Positions 45,094 through 55,507 of a stretch of 64,000 nucleotides of DNA are shown one piece after another. Every line of letters begins with the position of its first letter. The stretch's first letter is position 1. The DNA comes from a virus (lineage: Duplodnaviria; Caudoviricetes). The position numbers and the translations under genes are program-made. The notes under the pieces are model-generated. The model was given only the letters and a program-made list of their open reading frames with translations, had not been told where the DNA came from and searched no databases. Location: positions 1 through 64,000 of IMG/VR virus record IMGVR_UViG_3300037067_024509. One strand, written 5' to 3'.

Positions 45094-47316
45094 ATGCGTA
45101 TCAATGATAATATTAATAAGATATATAATAAGTTTAATCGTGAGCGTTTACCATCTACATTATTCACTAAATATCCTGGTCATTATAGAGCTTTAGTAGT
45201 TGAAACTAATGATCCGTTGAACATGCATCGTATCAGATTCATCATGCCAGAACAGCATGAACTGGAAATGAAAGAAAAACCACAGGACTGCCCTTGGGCT
45301 GTTCCAGCTTTTAAGCATGGTGGACAGGGATGCGGTTCTTGGAGTAGTCCATGTATTGGTGATTATGTTTGGATAACTTTTGAGAAGCAACATCCATATG
45401 GTCCGATATGGGTTGGACATGCTGAACCAACTAGGAGAAGATTTTATAAACTTCATGCGTTGTTTCATAAATCCAACATATATGTAGATGATCAAGGTAA
45501 GCCTAAAGATGTTGATACAATAGATTGGGAAAATAATTATTTATCAAAAGACAATCGTCCATATTCTCAGGGTATAACTGATAGATATGGTAATATGTTT
45601 TTGATTGATATGACTGGATTTTTTCCTGTTGAACATAAGAAAAAAGCATCAACTGCTGGATCTGATGTTATAAAAAGTACTCCTCAAGAATATCGTGAGT
45701 CAAAAGAACAACCTAAAAATAATAAACCAGATCTTAAAATGATGGCTATGGTTTCTAAATATGGAAATTATTTTATGATAGGTGATCAAGGATATGATTG
45801 GGAATCAGAATTTTCTGGTGATTTTGATGAAGATCATGATAAAGAGAAAAAAAGAACTTATAATTTGAAAAAATTGCTTAACGAAGATGAGCCAGATAGT
45901 GAAAATCGTGATCAAAGAAGAGTAGAAATAAGAACTGGATATGGACATAAGTTAGAACTAAGAGATGTTGGATGGTCGTCTAATAATGGTTGGTCCGCTG
46001 TTAGTGGTAAAACTGAGTCAAAAAGTCGTGAGAATGATTTATTTGAAGAACAAAACAAACAATCAAAGTATGATAAAACTGATGAAAGATGGATAAAGTT
46101 ACGCTCTAAAGGTGGGATGTTGATGCAATTTATGGATATGGGATTTAATCCTAAAGATGATGAATTTATTAAAAGAGCAAGAGTTGATGAGGTAGGTGGT
46201 AAGGTTGACTCAGAAGATGACGACTGGCAAAAACGTGATGCTAGACAAATGAGATTTATTTCTAGATGGGGATTAAAATTTGTTCTTGATGATCGTGGCA
46301 GCGACGAAAAACAAGCTGACACTAAAGAATCAACGCATGCTAATGGTATATTATTAAAAGGTAGAAGAAAAGCAAAATGGAATAAATATTTGAATAATGC
46401 TGATAATGAGTCAACTAAGTTTAGAGTGTTGTCACAAACAAGTTCTGGATCACCAGCATACACACCAAAGCATGGTGATAGTGATACTGAATTTGGATTT
46501 GGCATAGATATTAATGAAAAAAATGATCTAAATAGGATGTTGTTATATACGCCAATGGCTAAAGCTATTGAAATGAATGATAAATTTGGATATGTGTTTA
46601 TAACTACTGATATGACTAAATCGATCAGTAGACCATGGAAGTATAAAAAAGAAAATGAATTTGCGATATCAATTTGTATGGGTAATGATCCTGAATCTAA
46701 TACGTATTCATTAAAATTAGATAGATCTAATACATATACAGCATTGACCACTCCGCTTGATCAATGCTGGGAAGCCAGAGATGGGTTTAATCCTTCTGAT
46801 GAAGGATTTATGGAAGCTCGTGATATGGATAATCGTGCTCTTATTATGAGCAAATATTTGAAATTAGCTGCATTACATGATCCTTCAATTTTAAAATATC
46901 TTGTACTTGATGATAATACTACATTTGTATTACTACATAATTTGCAAAATAAAATTCAGATATATTCAACTGCTGATATTGAATTAAAAGCTGCTGGTAA
47001 TATAAGGCTGCATTCTGGTGGTAGTACATCTATTAAATGTGCTGATTTTTGTGTTGATGCTAGTGGTACTCAATTTGTTGTTAATGGTGGCGGTTTTGGT
47101 GGTAATAAACCATTATTTGCACCAGAAAGTCATGCTTATCATGTTGGTACTAAGGCCGGTCCTGGCGCTGGTCCTAGTTCGCCAATTGGCGGATCAGCAC
47201 CACCAATAACACAGGCTCAAACACCTAATCAGATACCAGCATTTAGAAAAAAGAAATCAAATAGTCCATACTCTGATGTGTCAGAAGATATTATTAAAGG
47301 TGTAGAGCAATCCTGA
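45094..47316 (+). CDS. Baseplate hub/central spike, gp5/VgrG-like
   Basis: N-terminal OB fold YRALVVETNDP...RIR...CPWA.P...PCIGDYVWITFE...P.W.G; C-terminal beta-helix-like IELKAAGNIRLHSGGSTSI; no lysozyme domain recognised. Confidence 0.8.
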   Translation: MRINDNINKIYNKFNRERLPSTLFTKYPGHYRALVVETNDPLNMHRIRFIMPEQHELEMKEKPQDCPWAVPAFKHGGQGCGSWSSPCIGDYVWITFEKQHPYGPIWVGHAEPTRRRFYKLHALFHKSNIYVDDQGKPKDVDTIDWENNYLSKDNRPYSQGITDRYGNMFLIDMTGFFPVEHKKKASTAGSDVIKSTPQEYRESKEQPKNNKPDLKMMAMVSKYGNYFMIGDQGYDWESEFSGDFDEDHDKEKKRTYNLKKLLNEDEPDSENRDQRRVEIRTGYGHKLELRDVGWSSNNGWSAVSGKTESKSRENDLFEEQNKQSKYDKTDERWIKLRSKGGMLMQFMDMGFNPKDDEFIKRARVDEVGGKVDSEDDDWQKRDARQMRFISRWGLKFVLDDRGSDEKQADTKESTHANGILLKGRRKAKWNKYLNNADNESTKFRVLSQTSSGSPAYTPKHGDSDTEFGFGIDINEKNDLNRMLLYTPMAKAIEMNDKFGYVFITTDMTKSISRPWKYKKENEFAISICMGNDPESNTYSLKLDRSNTYTALTTPLDQCWEARDGFNPSDEGFMEARDMDNRALIMSKYLKLAALHDPSILKYLVLDDNTTFVLLHNLQNKIQIYSTADIELKAAGNIRLHSGGSTSIKCADFCVDASGTQFVVNGGGFGGNKPLFAPESHAYHVGTKAGPGAGPSSPIGGSAPPITQAQTPNQIPAFRKKKSNSPYSDVSEDIIKGVEQS

Positions 47317-47330
47317 CAAAGTTAACTAAG

Positions 47331-48038
47331 ATGATCATAAAATATCCAACAGCATTATATAATACAATATTACCTGGCCAAAATCAGTCAGGAAATGTTA
47401 CTTATACTATATCAAACAATAATCCACCAAAATCAAAAAGTACATTTTTGCAATTACCTAGATCTGAAGAAATAAGAAAGTCACCATCACGTATTTATAC
47501 AAAATATGAAAATAGGAAATTTGTTGGTAATTTAGTATTTAATATTACCGTGCCGACATTAGCTACAGAGGGTAGTGGAATAAAGACATTTGAAATTGGT
47601 CAATTTTTAGACTTTTCAAATGAAGATATAGAAAATCCAGATCCATATTCACTTAACTCAATAGAGCTTAGACAAGATACTAATGTAGTAAATTATTCAA
47701 AATATGGTTTAAGCAAGGATGAATATAATAATTTAGTAAAAATTGCTGAAAAGAAAATGGATGATATTAATAACCAAATTAATATCATCGCTACTAACTT
47801 AAACAATAATAAAGAAAATATTTCCTCAAATCAATCAGATATTAATGAATCAACTAAATTATATAATAATATAATATTAGTACTTGGAGTTGAAAGTACA
47901 GAAGCTAAAAAAGTAAAGTTTAAAATTGACCATTATAATGAATATGCTACTAAATTATTATCTGAAAGAGAAATCTTACTTAGTACTCTCGACACATTGA
48001 GAAATGATTTATCGAATGTTAGAGAGGTTGTAAGATAA
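47331..48038 (+). CDS. Hypothetical baseplate-region protein with coiled coil
   Basis: 235-aa ORF between the gp5-like and gp25-like genes. Confidence 0.55.
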   Translation: MIIKYPTALYNTILPGQNQSGNVTYTISNNNPPKSKSTFLQLPRSEEIRKSPSRIYTKYENRKFVGNLVFNITVPTLATEGSGIKTFEIGQFLDFSNEDIENPDPYSLNSIELRQDTNVVNYSKYGLSKDEYNNLVKIAEKKMDDINNQINIIATNLNNNKENISSNQSDINESTKLYNNIILVLGVESTEAKKVKFKIDHYNEYATKLLSEREILLSTLDTLRNDLSNVREVVR

Positions 48039-48448
48039 TGGCAAAGCTTTGGGGAACTAATTTTCCATTTTATAAAGGTAACACATTACTTGGAGTTACT
48101 AGTAAAATATTACCAAGACAAGAAGACTATAGATTAATAAGAAATGATTATTTACAAGGATTGTTAACAATTAAAGGTGAAAGATGGTATAGATTAGACT
48201 TTGGTGGTGATATTCCAAGAATTCAATTTGATCCAAATGATGTTAATAGTAAAACAGTACTTGAAGAGAATATAAGACAATTCACTATTAAATATCATCC
48301 AACGATTAAAATAACTAATATAGAAATAATAGATAAAGCAAGTAGTCCAAATAATGTTAACGTTAAAATATATGGAAAGTGGGATACTACATCAGCCATG
48401 AGTGACCAACTTTTAGCTAGTATACTAGTACCTGTGTCTGGAGCATAA
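48038..48448 (+). CDS. Baseplate wedge protein, gp25-like
   Basis: LLTIKGERWYRLDFGGDI...FDP; typical size and position. Confidence 0.85.
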   Translation: MAKLWGTNFPFYKGNTLLGVTSKILPRQEDYRLIRNDYLQGLLTIKGERWYRLDFGGDIPRIQFDPNDVNSKTVLEENIRQFTIKYHPTIKITNIEIIDKASSPNNVNVKIYGKWDTTSAMSDQLLASILVPVSGA

Positions 48449-50194
48449 ATGACTACTTTAGACACTATTGCATCAGTTGGATCAGATGAAACTGTTAATG
48501 ATATAATTTCATTACCAAGTTCACCAGAAGAAATTGGAGTAGTATTACCAGCACCAAGTTTAAGACGTATTGATTTTTCAGCACTAGAATTTGAAACTGC
48601 TAGAAGAATGGCAATTGAATATATTAAAACATATTTTAACGATGAATTTAATGATTTTATATTAAGTAATGGAACAATGATGTTTGTTGAAATAGTTTCA
48701 GCATTGACTGGATTATTATCTGAAAGATCTGATATTATCGCAGATGAATCATTCTTACCAACTGCACAGTCTGTAACAGCAGTATCAAATCATTTAAATC
48801 TTATTGGTCAATCATTGCAAAGAGCGACTCCCGCTGTAGCAGACATTGAATGTACATTGTCAATTCCAGCATCATTTGATATCTCAATTCCCGCTGGATT
48901 AATATTTTCATTAACTGGTCCAGATGGAAGTTCACTAACATATGAATTATTTAAATCACCAGGAGATTATTCTGGATCAATAATAATTCCACGCAACAAA
49001 AGAGGAATAGTAGCATATGCAATAGAAGGACAATTTGGATCAGATGTAGTTGTAACTTCAAATGGCAATTCAAATCAATATGTTGATATATTAAAGAATA
49101 ATGTTTTAGATGACCCAATAATAGTTTATATTGAAACTGATAAAACATCAACTGAATGGAAAAGAGTTGATTTCCTAGAAACTGCACAAGCAACTGATCA
49201 AGTATTCGCAGTAGAACATTATGATACTTTCACAAGAGTAAAATTCGGTGATAATAATAATGGTAAAGCACCAATAGATGGACAAATTATAAGAGCAAAA
49301 TACAGAACTGGTGGTGGAATACGTGGTAGAATAGGTAGAAACTCAATAAATGAAAGCAGATCAATAGGCGGAACACAAACCGCATCAACAGCAGTATTAT
49401 TTAATAATTCATCACCATCACGTGGCGGATATGACAATGAATCAATAGAAAGTGCAAAAAAGAGAGCACCAAGAACATACTCAGTACATGATAACATAGC
49501 AACAGCAGACGACTATTCAATAATATCGTCAACCTTTAAACACCCAGTATATGGATCAGTATCAAAATCAGTAGTAGTAGTAAGAACAGGTATAGAATAT
49601 GGAGATCCAACAGATGGAACAACTAATTTAGATTATGTAATACAACAAATAAGAGCAGCGCCAACCGTAGAAGACGCAAAACAATACATGTTAGCAAATT
49701 ATGTCAATAAAAATATTGTTGATATGTATTTATTACAAGAAGGAGACAATTTACCAATAACACCAAGTAATGGACTAAAAACATCATTACAAAATTATAT
49801 AACAACACTTAATGTATTCACAGATGAATTAAGAATATATGATGGATCATTATTGGCAATAGATATAGAAGCAACAGTTGTATTAACAAGAAATGCAGAT
49901 GCAGCAATTGTAAAAGAACAAGTATTATCAGCTATAAATAATGTTTTTGATATATCAAATAGGGATATGGGACAGCAATTCAATAGAAGCGACCTAATAT
50001 ATGCTATTAAAAATGTTGATGGCGTTAAGACAGTAGACTTATATAAACCAGTTGATGATTACCCAGCATTAAGAAAAATAGTCACAAAAAGTGAAAGAAC
50101 AGCAGGAATACAAGGTGTTGGTATAAATGAATTAATAGTCATAGGATCACAGAATATACAATTCTACCTTGAACAAGGTAATATGAATGTCTAA
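48449..50194 (+). CDS. Baseplate wedge protein, gp6/J-like
   Basis: IDFSALEFE...FNDF...G.MM.VE, TAQS..AV, FGD...GK.P, YRTGGG.RG, GG...ESIES.K.RAP, ATADDY. Confidence 0.88.
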   Translation: MTTLDTIASVGSDETVNDIISLPSSPEEIGVVLPAPSLRRIDFSALEFETARRMAIEYIKTYFNDEFNDFILSNGTMMFVEIVSALTGLLSERSDIIADESFLPTAQSVTAVSNHLNLIGQSLQRATPAVADIECTLSIPASFDISIPAGLIFSLTGPDGSSLTYELFKSPGDYSGSIIIPRNKRGIVAYAIEGQFGSDVVVTSNGNSNQYVDILKNNVLDDPIIVYIETDKTSTEWKRVDFLETAQATDQVFAVEHYDTFTRVKFGDNNNGKAPIDGQIIRAKYRTGGGIRGRIGRNSINESRSIGGTQTASTAVLFNNSSPSRGGYDNESIESAKKRAPRTYSVHDNIATADDYSIISSTFKHPVYGSVSKSVVVVRTGIEYGDPTDGTTNLDYVIQQIRAAPTVEDAKQYMLANYVNKNIVDMYLLQEGDNLPITPSNGLKTSLQNYITTLNVFTDELRIYDGSLLAIDIEATVVLTRNADAAIVKEQVLSAINNVFDISNRDMGQQFNRSDLIYAIKNVDGVKTVDLYKPVDDYPALRKIVTKSERTAGIQGVGINELIVIGSQNIQFYLEQGNMNV

Positions 50195-50447
50195 CTGTAG
50201 AAAAGCTGAAAATCTTTCATTTTCACATTCAAGATTACCATTGATAAAACCAGAAATACGTGTATATATAAATGAATATGATGTCTTTCCAGATATTAAA
50301 AACTTAAATTTTGATGTTCAAAATGAAGGAATGTTTTCAGAACTATTAATAAAAGTTGACACAATATCATGTAAACAAAAAGAAAATCAAACCATTGGAA
50401 TAATGAACCAATATAATGAAATACAAACTATTATATCAGAAACATAA
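50187..50447 (+). CDS. Hypothetical protein
   Basis: 86-aa ORF coupled to the gp6-like stop. Confidence 0.5.
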   Translation: MSNCRKAENLSFSHSRLPLIKPEIRVYINEYDVFPDIKNLNFDVQNEGMFSELLIKVDTISCKQKENQTIGIMNQYNEIQTIISET

Positions 50448-50522
50448 TTAATAAGTATTTTATAAACTTTAATAACATAAAATGTAAATAATTATAAACT
50501 TTTATGGAATAAAAAATAATAT

Positions 50523-51260
50523 ATGGCAATAACAGGCCCATCTGAAGGTCCAGTAGTATTAAAACTTGATAGTAATCCTATCAAAGCAGAAGTAATGTCC
50601 CATTTTGGACACCCAACAATACGTGTAGAATTAGAAGAAACACATTTTGAAATGATATTAAGAACTGCTGGAGACTTTCTGGCTGGATATTTTCCACACG
50701 AAGAAAAAAGAGCATATTTTTATACAAAACCATTAGTTGATGAATATCCACTTCCAAGTGATGCGTATTGGATAAAGCAAGTAATGTGGGATCCATCCAT
50801 CACTAGAATAGGGGATGTATTTGGCAGCGAATCGTATTTATTCAATGTTGGGAACGTTACAGGTATTCAATCGTTATTGCTCGATTTTCATTTACTACAA
50901 TCATATCGTAAATTTAGTCAGAGAATGTTAGCAACAGAAGGACATTGGGAAGTGAAGGGAGACAACAAGCTCAAGCTTTTGCCGTTGCCCCGTGGGAGTT
51001 ACCCGTGCTTCGTGGAATATTTTCCCTACGTCAATAGTTGGAGAACACCACAAGCTAGGGAATTGACTAGAAGACTTGTTATAGCCGAGGCTTCAATTAT
51101 TCTTGGTAATATTAGAACTAAGCGTGCTCTTCCGTTACCAGATGGTGGTACTACTACATTTGGTGGTGAAAATCTTATTATTAAAGGATATGAGGAAAGA
51201 GAGAAAGTTTATAAAGAAGCGTTGTTATGTGGAGAGCCACCAGGAATCTATGCTTATTAA
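50523..51260 (+). CDS. Neck/head-tail adaptor protein, gp13-like
   Basis: I...FGHP.I.VELEE, LG..R.K...LPDGG...GG..L...G..E.E; located within the neck module. Confidence 0.75.
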   Translation: MAITGPSEGPVVLKLDSNPIKAEVMSHFGHPTIRVELEETHFEMILRTAGDFLAGYFPHEEKRAYFYTKPLVDEYPLPSDAYWIKQVMWDPSITRIGDVFGSESYLFNVGNVTGIQSLLLDFHLLQSYRKFSQRMLATEGHWEVKGDNKLKLLPLPRGSYPCFVEYFPYVNSWRTPQARELTRRLVIAEASIILGNIRTKRALPLPDGGTTTFGGENLIIKGYEEREKVYKEALLCGEPPGIYAY

Positions 51261-51305
51261 TTGATCAATACTTGCCGTGGCGTTCCCTATGTATATAATG
51301 AGCGA

Positions 51306-52979
51306 ATGGAATTCATACAACTAGATCTTGAATCTCTTAAGAATGAATACAATAATGGTAGTTCACTTAGAACTTTAGCATCAAAGTATGGCACATCTAA
51401 AATAACAATAAAGAGAAAATTACTAAAGCTTGGGGTTAAGATAATAAGTTCTACTGAATTTATTGCTGATAAAGAAAGGCATAAGTTAGCATCGACTCCA
51501 ATTAAAAAGTACCAAAAAAGTTTTGATGCTTTTTCTGATAAAAATACTAAAATTAATGCTTTTAATGATTTTTTAAAGAAAGCGAAATTATTACATGGTG
51601 ATAAGTTTGATTATTCTAAATTTAATTATCAAGGATATAATATTAAAGGAATAATTATTTGTCCAATTCATGGTGATTTTGAGCAAACTCCAGAAATGCA
51701 TATAGAAGGAGAATTTGGGTGTAATAAGTGTTATAGAGAAGCTACAAGGATTGGATTTGCTGAATTTATTAAAAAAGCTAATGAGGTTCATCATGATAAA
51801 TATACTTATACTGAACAACTTTGCAGATTCAAAGATGTTATAAAAATTATTTGTCCTATTCATGGCGAATTTGAACAAAAGGTATCAAATCATTTGAGTG
51901 GTAATGGGTGTCCACAATGTATTAATGATAGTAAAAAACTGGGACTTGATGAATTTATTAATAAAGCACAACATATTCATGGCGACAAATATGGTTATAA
52001 TAATGTTGAATATATTAATAGTAAGACTAAAATAAATATTACATGCAAAAAACATGGTGAATTTAGTATTAAACCTTGCAGACATATTTATAATAACTCT
52101 GGTTGTCCAGAATGTGCTAAAGAAATTACTATATCTTCAACGCATCAACAGGTAATTGATTATATTAAATCTTTTGATATTGATTTTAAGATTAATGATA
52201 GGCATGAAATTAATCCTTATGAATTAGATATATTTATTCCGAGTAAGATGTTGGCTTTTGAGATTAATGGTATATATTGGCATAGTTATAATAAGGTGGA
52301 ATCTATTTATGAGAAGAACCGTCATTTAATTAAGCATGATATGTGTGTTAATAAGAATATTAGGTTAATTCAGATTTTTGAATCTGAGATAATTGAGAAG
52401 TTTGAAATAGTTAAGTCATTAATTAGGTCTAAACTTGGTGTTAATGATAGGTATTATGCTAGAAAGTGTCAGATAGTGGAATTAAATAGCAAAAGATTTA
52501 ATGAATTTGTTGATATGACTCATTTGCAGGGTAAGGTTAATACTTTATTAAAATATGGTTTAATGATGAATGATGAGTTGGTTTGTGCAATGGGATTTAA
52601 TAGGCATAAAGAATATGAATGGGAAATATCAAGATTTTGTTCTAAATTGAATTTTAATACGGTTGGTGGTGCTAGTAGGTTATTTAATAAATTTATTAGT
52701 GATTGTAATCCAGGTAAAGTCATGACTTATGCTGATAAGAGGTATTCTGATGGTAGATTATATAAAATTCTTGGGTTTAAGTTGTTAAAGTCTACTAAAC
52801 CTGGATATTTTTATGTTAAGAACTATGAAGTGTTTGATAGAAGGAAATTTCAAAAGCATAAGTTAAGTTCTATTTTAGAGAATTTTGATCCTATGTTGTC
52901 TGAAACTAATAATATGTTTAATAATGGTTATAGGAGGTTGTGGGATGCTGGGCATTGGAAATTTATATGGGAGAAGTGA
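51306..52979 (+). CDS. Hef-like free-standing endonuclease: HTH, DUF723/CapR-like Zn repeats, PD-(D/E)XK domain and GNAT-like C-terminus
   Basis: Start re-called to MEFIQL. Three HG.KY.Y...ICP.HG.F.Q....H..G.GCP.C units; ELDIFIP...AFEINGIYWHS; YARKC, HLQG, EISRFCS, YADKRYSDG, WDAG. Confidence 0.8.
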   Translation: MEFIQLDLESLKNEYNNGSSLRTLASKYGTSKITIKRKLLKLGVKIISSTEFIADKERHKLASTPIKKYQKSFDAFSDKNTKINAFNDFLKKAKLLHGDKFDYSKFNYQGYNIKGIIICPIHGDFEQTPEMHIEGEFGCNKCYREATRIGFAEFIKKANEVHHDKYTYTEQLCRFKDVIKIICPIHGEFEQKVSNHLSGNGCPQCINDSKKLGLDEFINKAQHIHGDKYGYNNVEYINSKTKINITCKKHGEFSIKPCRHIYNNSGCPECAKEITISSTHQQVIDYIKSFDIDFKINDRHEINPYELDIFIPSKMLAFEINGIYWHSYNKVESIYEKNRHLIKHDMCVNKNIRLIQIFESEIIEKFEIVKSLIRSKLGVNDRYYARKCQIVELNSKRFNEFVDMTHLQGKVNTLLKYGLMMNDELVCAMGFNRHKEYEWEISRFCSKLNFNTVGGASRLFNKFISDCNPGKVMTYADKRYSDGRLYKILGFKLLKSTKPGYFYVKNYEVFDRRKFQKHKLSSILENFDPMLSETNNMFNNGYRRLWDAGHWKFIWEK

Positions 52980-53028
52980 TATTTTAGTGGTATAGTTTTT
53001 ATAATGTTTCCTACGTATATAAAGTTCT

Positions 53029-54459
53029 ATGGAATTCGTTAAGTTAGATGTTGATTCTTTAAAGTCTGAGTATTTGGCTGGTTCTTCTCTTAGGTTTCTT
53101 GCTTCTAAATATGGTACGTCTAAGATGACTGTTAAGAGAAAATTGTTGAAGGTTGGTGTTAAGATTGTTAGTTCTGCTGAATTTGTTGCTGATAAAGAAA
53201 GACATAAATTATCGTCTACTCCAGTTAAAAAGTATGAAAATAATTTTATTATGTATTCAAATGATAGTATTAAGAAAGTAGCTTTTGATAATTTTGTTAA
53301 TAAAGCTAAATCATTATTTGGTAATAAGTTTGATTATTCAAAATTTGTTTATGATGGTCATAATATTAAAGGCATTATAGTTTGTCCAACTCATGGTGAA
53401 TTTATTCAAACTCCTGAGATGCATTTGCATTGTAAACGTGGATGTCCAAGTTGTTCTAAGGATTCTTTTAAGAGTAATTTAATTGAGAAAGAGTCTGAAG
53501 ATAATGAACAAAGTGTTGGTAATCCTGTTTCTTTAGAAAAGGCTTTAGATATTATTGATAAAGTGAGGGAATCGGCTAGTGTTAAACGTCAAGAGTATTT
53601 TGATAGTGAGTCTGTTAGGGATAGGGATGGTCAGCAGGAGATAGTTGATTTTATTAAGTCTTATGATATTAATTATGAAATTAAAGATGGTCGTAATATT
53701 TGTATTATGGATAAGAAGATATTCATAGAGTATTGTGGATTTTATAATCATAGTTTTAGTCATGAGGAGGTTACTAGTGACAGGAATATTCATTCTAAAA
53801 AAGCTACTTTGTGTTTGGATAATGGTATTAGGTTGTTACAGGTTTTTGAAGATGAGTGGTTTAGTAAGAATAATGTTACTAAGTCTATTATTTTAAATAA
53901 GCTTGGGTTATCTAATAATAATGTTTATGCTAGGAAGTGTGAGATTATTGAGTTGTCTGCTTCTGATTTTAATGATTTTTGTAATGATTTTCATATTCAG
54001 GGTAAATTAAATTCTACTATTAGGATTGGTCTTTGTTTTAATGGTGAGGTTGTTTGTGTTATGGGTTTTAATAAGCATCATAAGTATTCTTTTGAGTGTA
54101 CTAGGTTGTGTTCTCGTGCTAATGTTTCTGTAATTGGTGGTCCTAGTAGGATTTTTAGCTATTTTATTGGCAAGTTTAAACCTGAATCTGTTTTGTCTTT
54201 TGCTGATAGGAGATATAGTGATGGTAATGTTTATAAGAAGCTTGGTTTTGAGTTATCTGGTATTACTGATCCTGGATATTTTTATGTGAAGGGTACTAAC
54301 AGATATTCTCGTCAGATGTTTCAGAAGCATAAGCTTAGTAATAGGTTGAGTGATTTTGATGAGTCTCTTTCTGAGACTAAGAATATGTTTAATAATGGTT
54401 ATCGTAGGTTGTGGGATGCTGGGCACTGGAGATTTGTTTGGAAAAATATTGTTAAGTAA
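53029..54459 (+). CDS. Hef-like endonuclease/GNAT protein, tandem paralog of 51306..52979
   Basis: N-terminal about 70 aa highly similar to the upstream paralog; one Zn unit; IFIEYCGFYNHS; YARKC, HIQG, ECTRLCS, FADRRYSDG, WDAG. Confidence 0.8.
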   Translation: MEFVKLDVDSLKSEYLAGSSLRFLASKYGTSKMTVKRKLLKVGVKIVSSAEFVADKERHKLSSTPVKKYENNFIMYSNDSIKKVAFDNFVNKAKSLFGNKFDYSKFVYDGHNIKGIIVCPTHGEFIQTPEMHLHCKRGCPSCSKDSFKSNLIEKESEDNEQSVGNPVSLEKALDIIDKVRESASVKRQEYFDSESVRDRDGQQEIVDFIKSYDINYEIKDGRNICIMDKKIFIEYCGFYNHSFSHEEVTSDRNIHSKKATLCLDNGIRLLQVFEDEWFSKNNVTKSIILNKLGLSNNNVYARKCEIIELSASDFNDFCNDFHIQGKLNSTIRIGLCFNGEVVCVMGFNKHHKYSFECTRLCSRANVSVIGGPSRIFSYFIGKFKPESVLSFADRRYSDGNVYKKLGFELSGITDPGYFYVKGTNRYSRQMFQKHKLSNRLSDFDESLSETKNMFNNGYRRLWDAGHWRFVWKNIVK

Positions 54460-54475
54460 TTGTCAAATTTAGTTT

Positions 54476-54886
54476 GTGAATATAACTATTAAGAATAAAC
54501 TTGTTGTGATAGGGAATCAGTTATTAGTCCCTGGTTTAGAGCCTTTGAGTACACAAACTAGTAATATGTTAACTATTTTTATGCAGGGATATAATTCTTA
54601 TCTTCCTGTTGAGGAAGCTTTAAAATTGATTCCTGGTTCTAGGGTTGTTAAGGATCAACTTAGTTTTGGCACTTTTGGTAGTTATAAGTATTTTGAACTT
54701 CCTAATGGTCCATCTCCTGATGGCAGTTGTCCTAGTAAGTGTATTGATGATTGGTATAAGATTTTAAGGGATGCTGCTCAGAATGCTCCTAGTACTCAAC
54801 AGGGACCAGTTGAATGTGAAGCATATGATAATAATGCTTGTGATACTAATGATTATTCGTCTGACCTTGACCCATTTAAGAGATAA
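54476..54886 (+). CDS. Hypothetical protein
   Basis: 136-aa ORF, GTG start, in the neck module. Confidence 0.55.
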   Translation: MNITIKNKLVVIGNQLLVPGLEPLSTQTSNMLTIFMQGYNSYLPVEEALKLIPGSRVVKDQLSFGTFGSYKYFELPNGPSPDGSCPSKCIDDWYKILRDAAQNAPSTQQGPVECEAYDNNACDTNDYSSDLDPFKR

Positions 54887-54888
54887 AC

Positions 54889-55497
54889 ATGTCAAACCAT
54901 AGATTCGATTTTGATGATGAGTTGCAACAATCATATTCATCGTTGCAGGATGCTAAAGACAATAGAACTGATGAACAGAAGAATTCTTCTAAGATTGCTA
55001 TTTATGATCATTCTAATCCTGAAATTGCTAATATGGAAATGGAGGCACTTAATTTAATTAATGATTCTGGTGCTCCTACTTTGGTATATCGTCGTTCTGA
55101 TGATACTGGTCAGACTGATGATGGTTATAATGAGACTACTCCTCAATATTTAGAACCTGATAATATTAAAGCTATATTCAAGCCTGAACAGGTATCTTTG
55201 TCTAAGGTGAAATGGGGTATTGATGTTAATATTAAAATGACTTTAAGTTATTCACGTGCTTATCTTCTTGGATTGTATGGGTCTAGGCTTATCAAAATTG
55301 GTGATGTTGTTGCTGTTCCTCATAATACTTTGATTCAGACTCAATCTACTGAGTATCTTGAGGGTAAAGTTAATAGACTTGATAAGTTTAGAATTATTAA
55401 TAGTTTTGATGCTGGTAATTTCAATTATCGTTGGTTATATTGGAATTGTATAGCTGAACCGATAAGTGGTGATATAGTTATAATACCACGTAGATAA
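54889..55497 (+). CDS. Head closure/neck protein, gp14-like
   Basis: E.....SGA...Y.R, KWGID...LSYSR, IKIGDVVAVP resemble T4 gp14; position between the gp13-like and gp15-like genes. Confidence 0.6.
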   Translation: MSNHRFDFDDELQQSYSSLQDAKDNRTDEQKNSSKIAIYDHSNPEIANMEMEALNLINDSGAPTLVYRRSDDTGQTDDGYNETTPQYLEPDNIKAIFKPEQVSLSKVKWGIDVNIKMTLSYSRAYLLGLYGSRLIKIGDVVAVPHNTLIQTQSTEYLEGKVNRLDKFRIINSFDAGNFNYRWLYWNCIAEPISGDIVIIPRR

Positions 55498-55507
55498 AAT
55501 TTAATTT

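Noticed and set aside
45912-46751. 279-aa minus-strand ORF, and similar antisense ORFs such as 34551..34982, 20422..20850, 35368..35754 and 60433..60762
   Set aside because: They lie opposite well-supported genes and show Ser/Leu/Phe-rich shadow composition with no motifs.
51261-54459. Group I intron housing the Hef-like ORFs
   Set aside because: The flanking gp13-like gene and the ORF at 54476 look complete with their own stop and start, and no split exon is evident; treated as free-standing genes.
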